A stretch of DNA of 16,711 nt from Pedosphaera sp. (GTDB taxonomy: Bacteria; Verrucomicrobiota; Verrucomicrobiia; Limisphaerales; SIBH01), in NCBI GenBank assembly GCA_031414955.1, contig JANOQV010000074.1:1-16711 (forward strand). The letters run 5' to 3'. How positions within the stretch are numbered: the stretch's first letter is position 1; each line of letters starts with the position of its first letter. The position numbers were made by a program, and so were the translations under genes. Shown here piece after piece: positions 7,951 through 15,201 of the stretch. The notes under the pieces are model-generated. The model was not told where the DNA came from. It made no database searches and worked only from the letters and a program-made list of their open reading frames with translations.

Positions 7951-8111
7951 AGATGTCCGGTCCGCTGCCGCAGCGCGACTCAACGGGGTCTGCGCGGCGG
8001 CAGAGACTCGATTCCGCCCCTCGGGCTCTCATGAATTGGCTTAAAGTTTTGCCAGCGGATTGCCGAAGGATACCGTCGAGGAGGTTACGCACGTTTGGAG
8101 TTTGGGTGAGC

Positions 8112-8146
8112 AGCCCCGCCCGGGAAACCGGGCGGGGCTTCTTTTT
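8112..8146 (+). terminator. Intrinsic (rho-independent) terminator
   Basis: AGCCCCGCCCGG-GAAA-CCGGGCGGGGCT, a perfect 12-bp stem with a GNRA loop, followed by TCTTTTT. Confidence 0.85.
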
Positions 8147-8242
8147 GATCGTCACCACTTCCGAACAATCTTTGAGCTTTCAGACGGTTGGTTTTCCGTC
8201 AATATCCGACCCGCCAGCCAACAAATCAAAAAACACAGCGCC

Positions 8243-8386
8243 ATGAAGTATCTGACCAAAGAGCAACAGATCGTGCTGTGCGTGATTCTGCTGCTCCTCC
8301 TCACCGGCTTGGGCGTTAAGACCTGGCGAACCGCGCATCCGAAATCAGAAGAACACAGCATCACTGCTGTCCAGTCGGGAAAGTAA
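8243..8386 (+). CDS. Small single-pass membrane protein (47 aa), unknown function
   Basis: MKYLTKEQQIVLCVILLLLLTGLGVKTWRTAHP...: one clean hydrophobic helix with basic flanks and an A-rich initiation region. The longer ORF-track version (8060) would cross the terminator. Confidence 0.7.
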   Translation: MKYLTKEQQIVLCVILLLLLTGLGVKTWRTAHPKSEEHSITAVQSGK

Positions 8387-8592
8387 TTTGGAACGCGTTC
8401 GTTGCCATTAAACCGGAATGGAGCGATGAGCATCGTCCTGCCCAGGGGAACCCCCAATGGTTCTAGCCGAGCAATGTGACCGCACCCATGAACACCGACT
8501 TTGATCACAAGGCCAAAGTTCAGCAGCGACCATTCCCGGCTTACCGCAAAAACCTTGAGCATGTTCTCTCCGGTGTCGATACTCTTGGAGCC

Positions 8593-9018
8593 ATGCACGG
8601 AATCAATTTCGACGAAGAGTTGGACAAAATTGTGGCTAAGGATGCGCGCTTCACGCGCGAGGCCTACACTTTTGTCCGCGAGGCGCTCGATTTCACTCAG
8701 AAGCTCATGGGCAAACTGCCCAAGGACCACGTACCCCGCCACGTCAGCGGCCAGCAACTGCTCGAAGGCATCCGCGACTACGCGCTTCAGGAATACGGTC
8801 CCATGTCCCTCATGGTCCTGGAGGAATGGGGCCTCCGCCGTTGCGAGGATTTCGGCGAACTGGTCTTCAACATGGTCGAGAACTCCCTCCTCGCGAAGAC
8901 CGACAAGGACAGCCGCGAGGATTTCAAGGGCGGCTATGATTTCGAGCACGCCTTTCGCAAGCCCTACTTGCCCACCCAGCTTGCGGCCACTCGACCTGAA
9001 AAAGTTCAGAAGCCCTGA
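8593..9018 (+). CDS. Verrucomicrobia/Planctomycetes-restricted conserved protein (Minf_1886/TIGR04138-like)
   Basis: D.RF.REAY.FVREALDFTQ...RHVSGQQLLEGIRDYALQEYGPM...WG....DFGELVFNMVE...KTDKDSREDF...YDF..AF, recognised from memory of the family. The frame is open further upstream (alternative ATG 8488). Confidence 0.85.
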   Translation: MHGINFDEELDKIVAKDARFTREAYTFVREALDFTQKLMGKLPKDHVPRHVSGQQLLEGIRDYALQEYGPMSLMVLEEWGLRRCEDFGELVFNMVENSLLAKTDKDSREDFKGGYDFEHAFRKPYLPTQLAATRPEKVQKP

Positions 9019-9048
9019 AGCCGCGCAAAGCACCACGTCGACGTCATC

Positions 9049-10575
9049 TCACGGCGACGCATCCAGAATCCCCTTCGCCAGTCCCGTGGACTTGATCATG
9101 CCGCGGACCACCACGCGCTCCTCACCCTCCAACTTCCCGTCTTGATTGGCGTCGAAGGTTGGCAACCCGACTTGCTTGATGCTCTGCATTCCTTCACGCA
9201 GCGCACGCGGAAAGCGCCGCTTGACCAGGGGCGCAAGACCCAAATCAATCACCTGATCGGCCACATGGTCCTCCAAGGCGGCGCGCAGGATCGGGAACTC
9301 GTCCTGGTTCGCCGGGATGAACGCAATGATCACGCTGCCCATCTCATTCGTGGTCTGCTCGCCCCACACCGTGTCGCGCGGCGGACTGGACGGGTTGCGG
9401 GGATTGGCGGCGGAGTTATCCCAACTCACCACCGTTTCCAGCTTCGTCCCCTTGGGCAGGCGGATCCGCTCGCGATACTGGTATTGCTCCTGCCAGACGA
9501 AGTCCCAGTCGGAAATCTTGAGCATCAATTGCTTCGTGCCGTCCGGAAGCGTGGCGGTCATCTCCAGGGTGCGACCAAGCTCATGCGCGTGACCGCCCAC
9601 GGCGAAGGCCTCGCCCTCCACAGGCAACACGAAAGAGTCGCGCATCACGAAGTTGGAATTGCCGGCGGGAATGTAGATATCCTTCAGCACCCCGAAGTTC
9701 GGCGGCACATTGATGGTGGCGTAATTCTTCAGCGGCGCTCCCTTCGCAAACTTCAGGCGCACCGTGGTCGCTTCCTGCTCCGGCTTGCCGCTGGGATGGA
9801 TGTGCGTTTGCAGCACGAGGTTCGCGCCCTTGGGAAATTTCCACGCCAGATCGGAAGGCAACATCAGCGCGCCGCCGCCCGGCGCCCAGGCCACGATGAA
9901 CTTCAGACCGTTGGCATTAAAACCATTGTAGCCCACGCCGGCCTCGGCCTCATCGCGCTTCAAGGCTTCGCCAGTCGGATCGATGAAGACCAGAATGTGA
10001 TGCACGACCTTGGGCGCTCCAGGTCGCAGTTCGATGGCCTGAATCCATTTGTCCTCGGCGAATTTGAGCGGCAGGACAAAATTGCGATAAACGTCCTTGC
10101 CCGACGCCTTCACCTCGTAGGCCTCCGGCATCGTCAGTTCCAAGTCCGGCTCCGTGATGCGAAAGCTCGCCGGCAGCGGTGGAGGAGCCGGCTTCTTCGC
10201 CGGATCACCTTCCAGCGCGCCCTCCTCCAGCCAGCGCGCCAGCGTGGCGATTTGCCCGGCACTGAGCCGACGATCATTCGCCATCGCCGGTGAGGCCCCA
10301 TCCGCGTGCCACGGCGGCATCTGGCCCCGGGCCGTGACCTCGACGATCTGGCGCACGCGCTTCTTCGCCTCGCCATAACTCAACAGCGCGAACGGCCCGA
10401 TCTCGCCCGGCCGATGACAATTGGCGCAATGCTCGAAGAGAATCGGCGCCACCTGCTCGTTGAACGTCACCTTCGCCGGCCCGGTCAAACCGGCGGCCGC
10501 CGACCCCGAGGCCGCCAGCAGCAGCACCGCGCCGTGGATCAGCAGAGGCAAAAACAGTCTGGGAAGCGTTATCAT
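9049..10575 (-). CDS. Secreted cytochrome c plus copper type II (PHM/DBH-like) monooxygenase-domain protein with a C-terminal EF-hand
   Basis: Signal peptide; CANCH heme motif and MPPW; VVHHIL, QTHIH, GHAH and NEMG match the CuH/CuM ligand pattern; EF-hand loop DANQDGKLEGEE. Confidence 0.8.
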   Translation of the reverse strand: MITLPRLFLPLLIHGAVLLLAASGSAAAGLTGPAKVTFNEQVAPILFEHCANCHRPGEIGPFALLSYGEAKKRVRQIVEVTARGQMPPWHADGASPAMANDRRLSAGQIATLARWLEEGALEGDPAKKPAPPPLPASFRITEPDLELTMPEAYEVKASGKDVYRNFVLPLKFAEDKWIQAIELRPGAPKVVHHILVFIDPTGEALKRDEAEAGVGYNGFNANGLKFIVAWAPGGGALMLPSDLAWKFPKGANLVLQTHIHPSGKPEQEATTVRLKFAKGAPLKNYATINVPPNFGVLKDIYIPAGNSNFVMRDSFVLPVEGEAFAVGGHAHELGRTLEMTATLPDGTKQLMLKISDWDFVWQEQYQYRERIRLPKGTKLETVVSWDNSAANPRNPSSPPRDTVWGEQTTNEMGSVIIAFIPANQDEFPILRAALEDHVADQVIDLGLAPLVKRRFPRALREGMQSIKQVGLPTFDANQDGKLEGEERVVVRGMIKSTGLAKGILDASP

Positions 10576-10665
10576 AGATTCACTGGTACGGCACACGGGA
10601 TCATGGACGACCTGAAGGCGGCAAAATGTTTCACCCGCGACAAATTATGAGGCACCCGGTTGTTA

Positions 10666-10824
10666 TCACCTCAAAATCAAGTAGAGGGCATGCAAAACAC
10701 CCGGCACCCAAAAGAAAATGCAGAGCACGATGTTGAGGATGGTGTCTTGGCCAGACTTGGTTTTGAGATAAACCGCGAGTGGCGGCAAGAGAAGCGCAAG
10801 AACGATCAGGATGAGTTTGCTCAT
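10666..10824 (-). CDS. YqaE/Pmp3 (UPF0057) family small membrane protein, 52 aa
   Basis: Below the ORF-track cut-off. Manual translation MSKLILIVLALLLPPLAVYLKTKSGQDTILNIVLCIFFWVPGVLHALYLILR has the LPPLAV...NIVL...PG.LHAL signature. Confidence 0.92.
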   Translation of the reverse strand: MSKLILIVLALLLPPLAVYLKTKSGQDTILNIVLCIFFWVPGVLHALYLILR

Positions 10825-10829
10825 GCCGC

Positions 10830-10858
10830 AGGTTGTTTAAGCCGCCATCCGAAGTCAA
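10830..10858 (-). promoter_or_regulatory. Putative sigma70 promoter directly before the Pmp3 ATG (leaderless-type)
   Basis: TTGACT-17 nt-CAACCT-5 nt-ATG; no SD. Confidence 0.5.
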
Positions 10859-11000
10859 CGCCACGGATGGAAGTCACATTGGTTCCCCACGCCTTCAACG
10901 GCCGTTCAAGGTCATGTTCTCACCGGGCAACTGCTCCACGGAATATCTGCTGATTCCGTTGCTCTTCTGGCTCGGTGACGAGCACATCACAGCCACGAGT

Positions 11001-12152
11001 TCACTTCAACCCCATCACCAAGATAACCAGGTCGATGATGAAAAGGAGCACGATGGTGACTTCGAGCATCAACATCACACGGTGGTTCTGGTCGGCTTTG
11101 CAGAGCTGGTAGAGGTCGTCGAGGGTCTTGACCTTCTCGTCGATGGTTTTGTGCCAGTCGCCGAGATGGAAGCGCGCGGCGATGGCCTCGTAGATGCGAG
11201 CGACGTGCCAGTCGCCAAAGAACTTGGTGATGTTTTGCAACTCGTCGCTGAACCGCGCCAGGTCGATGCGCAGTTCGCGCAGTTCGCGCAGGACGTCGCG
11301 CTGGCTGCGGATGCGGCGTTCGCCCAGGTCGCGGTAAGAGCGTTCCAGGGCGTCGTCGAGCAGGCGGTCGTAGGCTTCGAGTTCGGCGAGTTGGAGGTTG
11401 GCGAGTTCCATGACGTAGAGGGGTTCGTCGAACTGATTGGGTTTGTCGATGACCAGCGCCGCGTCCCAATCAACCACCACGAGGTCGTGCTCGTAATAGC
11501 TGATGGCGCGCTGGGTGGATTCCTCGGATTCCTGGTGCGAGAGCTTGTCCATCTCCGGCTCCTGGGTGAGGAGCGCGGCGACCTGGCGGCGGTGGGCCTG
11601 GAGCCAGCCCTCGGCGTTTTGGGCCACGCCGGCGCGGTCCACCACGGGGGCTTCGAGGCAGAAGACGGTGTAGGCTTCCTCTTCGGGGACTTGGAGCACG
11701 GGCTTCACGTAATAGGGGGAAAGCTCCCGACGCACTTCCTCGGCGAGGCGCTTCACTTCTTCGCTGAGGGAGCCATTGCTGAACTGGAGGTCGTGATAGA
11801 CAACCAGGTCTTCGACATGGGCGACGGCGAAGGGCACGCGCACGGTGATGCTGATGGCTCCGACGGGCAGCAGCTTGATGGCAATCTCGAGGCGGACAGG
11901 ACCGTGCGGACCGAGCCGCTCTTGGGCGGGCAGGCGGACCATCTGGGGGCGGAAGAAGAAGAGGTGGCGGGGATTGCGTTTGCTGGTGTCCACGACGTAC
12001 TGGGCGACGGGCTGGCCGAGCAGTTCACGCACGGGCTGGCGGGTCATCTCGTAAGCCACGTCGAAGGCGAACATGTAAACGACTTCGCCGACGTAGCGGT
12101 TGCGCCGTCCGACGAGGCCGGGCTGGGGGCTGGGGTCCGGGGTGGTAGCCAT
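11001..12152 (-). CDS. RMD1/DUF155 (YagE-like) family protein with C-terminal TM helix
   Basis: FAFDVA...DLVVVDWDAAL...ELANLQLAELEAYD..LD...KFFGDWHVARIY......FHL.DW...IDEK...LEVTIVLLFIIDL. Start chosen at ATG 12152; the upstream part of the ORF-track frame is low-complexity or repeat DNA. Confidence 0.75.
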   Translation of the reverse strand: MATTPDPSPQPGLVGRRNRYVGEVVYMFAFDVAYEMTRQPVRELLGQPVAQYVVDTSKRNPRHLFFFRPQMVRLPAQERLGPHGPVRLEIAIKLLPVGAISITVRVPFAVAHVEDLVVYHDLQFSNGSLSEEVKRLAEEVRRELSPYYVKPVLQVPEEEAYTVFCLEAPVVDRAGVAQNAEGWLQAHRRQVAALLTQEPEMDKLSHQESEESTQRAISYYEHDLVVVDWDAALVIDKPNQFDEPLYVMELANLQLAELEAYDRLLDDALERSYRDLGERRIRSQRDVLRELRELRIDLARFSDELQNITKFFGDWHVARIYEAIAARFHLGDWHKTIDEKVKTLDDLYQLCKADQNHRVMLMLEVTIVLLFIIDLVILVMGLK

Positions 12153-12311
12153 GCGGGTGAAGTTAAGCGGCGAGGCGCGGAAAGGCGAGCGTGAGTGAAT
12201 GGGGCGCGGGTCAAACCGGTGGGGGCATGGGGAAGAGGGCGGGCGAACCAGGGCGGGCGGCGGGCGAGGTGGGCGGGGTGGAGGCGGATCAAGCCGGCGG
12301 CTGGGAGTTTT

Positions 12312-12470
12312 GGAAACCCCAAGCACCAAACCCCAAGCACCAGGGAAACACCAAGGTCCAAATTTCAAACTGGTTCAGAGGCTCGCGATGGTGCGGCCGG
12401 CCGTGCGCCGGGCCTTTGGTTGGAGCTTGAGGCTTGAAGCTTCTCTGGTGCTTGGGGTTTGGGGTTTCCC
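12312..12470. repeat. Inverted-repeat element built of 7-nt periodic units
   Basis: Left arm AAACCCC-AAGCACC-AAACCCC-AAGCACC-AGGGAAACACC-AAGGTCC-AAATTTC. Perfect 18-bp inverted pair 12326-12343/12445-12462, with imperfect arms of about 45-55 nt around a spacer of about 44 nt. Confidence 0.85.
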
Positions 12471-12509
12471 AACCCCGTTCCCCGCCGCAGGCCGGTGGGT
12501 CTGCCCGGG

Positions 12510-12941
12510 CTAATTGATCAGCCGCAGGGTGAGCGGATAAGTGAAGACGGTTCCCTCGTTGGCTTTGATGCCGGCGAGGACGGGCAGGATGATCGCCGCG
12601 AGGTGGAGGGCCAGCAAAGCGAGGAGCACCGGAATCCAAGCCAGGCAAAGGAACCCGACCAACCCGACAAGCACCAGACCGATCTCATAGATCAGCACGG
12701 AGAGTTGAAAGTTCATGGCCGCCTTGCCGTGGGGATCGAGGGCTGGCAGCTCGTTGCGTTTCACCTGCCAGATGATCAAGGGGCCGATGAAATTGCCGAA
12801 GGGGACAATCAATCCGGCCAGCGCACTCAGGTGGCACCACATGGCCCACTGGCGTTCGAGGGCCAGGCTCGCGGGCACGGGGAATGACGATGGCGGAGCG
12901 GAGATCGGCGCGGCGGGCGGCGGTGGATTCAAGTTGTCCAT
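12510..12941 (-). CDS. DUF4870 (Tic20-like) membrane protein
   Basis: ERQWAMWCHLSAL...GPLIIW..KR......HGKAAMNFQLS...AGIKANEG..F.YPL.LRLI signature. Confidence 0.88.
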   Translation of the reverse strand: MDNLNPPPPAAPISAPPSSFPVPASLALERQWAMWCHLSALAGLIVPFGNFIGPLIIWQVKRNELPALDPHGKAAMNFQLSVLIYEIGLVLVGLVGFLCLAWIPVLLALLALHLAAIILPVLAGIKANEGTVFTYPLTLRLIN

Positions 12942-13037
12942 AACCGAGCGGCATCCAAGCACCGGCGGCCGGCCGCGACAAGGGGATTTCTGGACGGCCG
13001 CAGCACGTCCGGGAAACGCTGGGGCGCGCGCCGAAAC

Positions 13038-14063
13038 TCAACCGCGCGCTTCCGAAAGATGGGCGCTAGCGAGGGCCGACCAGTCTTGCGCGTAGAGATC
13101 GGGTCCCCCTTCGCGCTGGGCGATCGCCACCGCTTGCTCCGCTTCCTGCACGGCTTGACCGCGCCAGGAAACCAGCGTGGCCGGGTCAGCCCAGCCCCGA
13201 TTCACGATGGTTTCCTCGGCATACTTCAGGCAGTCACGCCCGAGCGGCGACTGCTTCAAGCTCGGAGCGATGTAGCCGGCGTCATCGTGCTCGCCGTGGC
13301 CGCAGAGCCGGAGCAATCGCGAGACAATGAGTTGCGGCCCGCCGCCGCCGCGGGCATTGCCCTCGGCCGCCCCGGCGGCGCGCAGGCAGTCGGCCAGATC
13401 CGTGCCGTCGGCCTCATGGACCGTGACGCCGTAGCCCACGGCCTTGTCGGCCAGGGAGGCGCAGGCAAACTGGCGCGAAGTGGGCGTGGAGTAGGCAAAT
13501 TGATTGTCGGCGATGGTGAGGATCAGCGGCAGCTTCTCGACCGCCGCCTGGTTCAACGCTTCGTGAAAGGATCCCGTGGAGGTCGCGCCGTCCCCAATGC
13601 TGGTCGCCCCCACAAAGCCGGTCTCACCCTGAAAACGCTTACCGATCAACACGCCGTTCACGACCGAGATCATCGCCCCGAGATGGCTGATCATCGGGAG
13701 CAAACCCTCGCGCGGTCGGCCGCGATGGACGTTCCCGTCGCGCGCGCGCATCGGACCCTGCGGCGAGCCGAGGTAGGTGCGGACGGCATCGAGCACTGGT
13801 TCGCCGAAAGCGAGACGTCCCGCGCCATCTCGAATCAACGGCGCGAAAACATCTCCGCGCCGGAGATGAACGCCCACCGCGACACTGAGCGCTTCCTGCC
13901 CGCGCCCGAGGAAAACTCCGCCGTGGATTTTGCCGGCGCGATAGAGGCTGGCGAATTTGTCATCCAGCACCCGGGCCAGCAGCATCCAGCGGAAAGCCTG
14001 CACGAACTGGCCGTGGGGGGCTGCGCCAGCCACTGCCGGCGGGACCGCAACTGTTTCAAGCAT
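13038..14063 (-). CDS. TPP-dependent 2-oxoacid dehydrogenase E1 component alpha subunit-like protein
   Basis: GQEA, ISHLGA, TPP-binding GDGATSTG..HEALN...DNQFAYSTP, DGTD, RLCGHGEHDD; substrate not assignable. Confidence 0.92.
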   Translation of the reverse strand: MLETVAVPPAVAGAAPHGQFVQAFRWMLLARVLDDKFASLYRAGKIHGGVFLGRGQEALSVAVGVHLRRGDVFAPLIRDGAGRLAFGEPVLDAVRTYLGSPQGPMRARDGNVHRGRPREGLLPMISHLGAMISVVNGVLIGKRFQGETGFVGATSIGDGATSTGSFHEALNQAAVEKLPLILTIADNQFAYSTPTSRQFACASLADKAVGYGVTVHEADGTDLADCLRAAGAAEGNARGGGGPQLIVSRLLRLCGHGEHDDAGYIAPSLKQSPLGRDCLKYAEETIVNRGWADPATLVSWRGQAVQEAEQAVAIAQREGGPDLYAQDWSALASAHLSEARG

Positions 14064-14070
14064 GGCCGGG

Positions 14071-14100
14071 ACTCTAGGACGCGCCTTCGCGCCGGCGCAA
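14071..14100 (-). promoter_or_regulatory. Putative sigma70 promoter giving a leaderless E1-alpha mRNA
   Basis: TTGCGC-18 nt-TAGAGT-7 nt-ATG(14063); no SD. Confidence 0.6.
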
Positions 14101-14114
14101 TCCTTCTTCCGAGC

Positions 14115-14192
14115 GGAGCGCGGACCGCCGAGTCCGCGTGTTCATGACCATTCCGATTGCTTGTGTCTCACTGGATTCGGACGCCGAGTCCG
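14115..14192. repeat. Pair of short REP-like palindromes
   Basis: GGAG-CGCGGAC-cgccga-GTCCGCG (14115-14138) and the related CGGAC-gccga-GTCCG (14178-14192). Confidence 0.5.
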
Positions 14193-14420
14193 GGCGATCG
14201 GCCTTCCAATGCATCGCCGTCAAGCGACGCCCAGAGTGCCTCTTGGGAGTTCCTTGCCCCCGATCCGATGAGCAAGAATCGTTGCGAGGCCGTCAAACGT
14301 TACGATTGAAAGTGGCGGCCTCCCGGCGAGGTGGAACTGCTCGCGCTGCGAGCAGTAGCGCCGGGCAGAGCGGCGCAACAAGCACCCAGGACACGCCTTG
14401 CCATTGTTCGGGCCGCCCTC

Positions 14421-14469
14421 TGAACGCGGGCGGAGTTATCCAGCGCGACAACTCCGCCCCGCCAGTTCA
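14421..14469. repeat. GC-rich imperfect palindrome (REP-like or transcript-end hairpin)
   Basis: GGGCGGAGTTaTC-cagcgc-GAcAACTCCGCCC, flanked by TGAAC/GTTCA. Confidence 0.55.
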
Positions 14470-14521
14470 TCGCGTGGCTTGAAGGCTTTCTTCCGCGCAT
14501 CCTGCAAGACGCCTCTGATGG

Positions 14522-15052
14522 TTACTTGCGCAAGTAAGCCTCGACCGCTGAATCCTTCAGCAACTTCTTCACGGCATCCTCCGCTGCGCCGTCCACGGCC
14601 CCGAGTGGCACCATCGAAGAACCGGTGCCCTCGAACGTGCTCTTGAGGCCCTCCGGCGTGGTGGCAGTGAGGACGATCTTGCTGTTGGACACGCCGATGA
14701 TGGGGATCGAAGAAACCTCCGCCTTCGTCATCGTGATGGTCAGGGCCTTGGGCACTCCGTCCGTGATCGTGGCTCCGCGCGCCGAGAGGTTCTTCCGAAC
14801 TGCGGCCACGGCGGCCGCCGTCCACTCAGACGGTTTCCCCACCACCTTCCCCATGCCGACCGTGCCGATTTTCGTTTCGGTGACACTGCTCTCACCGGCC
14901 TTGACGTCGATGGGCTGGCCGCCACGCAAATCGGACATCTTGGCCGGGGCCACGGTGAATTTGGGAACGTGCCGGACGGTGACAACCCCGCAGCCAGTCG
15001 TGAGCATGGCGAGCGCGCAACCGGCGGCGGCCAGGAGTGAATAAGTTTTCAT
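14522..15052 (-). CDS. Lipoprotein of unknown function (possibly YajG-like fold)
   Basis: MKTYSLLAAAGCALAMLTTG-C signal II with lipobox; 176 aa alpha/beta pattern. The YajG resemblance is tentative. Confidence 0.75.
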   Translation of the reverse strand: MKTYSLLAAAGCALAMLTTGCGVVTVRHVPKFTVAPAKMSDLRGGQPIDVKAGESSVTETKIGTVGMGKVVGKPSEWTAAAVAAVRKNLSARGATITDGVPKALTITMTKAEVSSIPIIGVSNSKIVLTATTPEGLKSTFEGTGSSMVPLGAVDGAAEDAVKKLLKDSAVEAYLRK

Positions 15053-15131
15053 AAGTTTCGATGATCCTCTGGTTGGTTCTCCATCCCACCGAATGGTGGG
15101 CTGTGTGGTTTGCTTTTCCACTGTCTCAAGA

Positions 15132-15172
15132 GCGGGTCTTGGCGCCCACACAGAATTCGCGCCAAGACCCGC
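15132..15172. repeat. Perfect 14-bp inverted repeat downstream of the large secreted-protein gene
   Basis: GCGGGTCTTGGCGC-13 nt-GCGCCAAGACCCGC; no U-tract on either strand. Confidence 0.7.
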
Positions 15173-15201
15173 CGAACCGCTCACCCGAGCGGACAACATT
15201 T

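Noticed and set aside
8036..8054. Possible sigma54 promoter TGGC...TTGC (also TGGAAC...TTGC near 8389-8405)
   Set aside because: GG-to-GC spacing is 11 and 12 nt, not the strict 10 nt required.
7955..8146. 6S RNA, SRP RNA or glycine riboswitch identity for the structured region
   Set aside because: No end-to-end rod pairing for 6S, no SRP helix-8 motif, and GCCGAAGG is not followed by the CUCUCAGG of glycine aptamers. Left unassigned.
8060..8242. 108-aa version of the small membrane protein
   Set aside because: It would read through the strong terminator; ATG 8243 gives a coherent TM peptide.
12153..12368. 72-aa Pro-rich N-terminal extension of the RMD1-like ORF
   Set aside because: Derived from the heptad repeat and a G-rich intergenic tract; a promoter-like motif abuts ATG 12152.
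12312..12470. CRISPR array or IS element
   Set aside because: No repeat-spacer periodicity, no cas or transposase gene, and no evident target-site duplication.
14400..14525. Integron attC site after the lipoprotein gene
   Set aside because: No matched RYYYAAC/GTTRRRY boxes bounding the palindrome, and no integrase in the window.
14138..14646. Short ORFs in the E1-alpha/lipoprotein gap
   Set aside because: Arg/Ser/Pro-rich, no initiation signals, and overlapping palindromic repeats.
15053..15130. c-di-GMP-I riboswitch upstream of the lipoprotein (GCAAACC on the minus strand)
   Set aside because: Lacks the GNRA-capped stem and the following GACGCAAAGC element.
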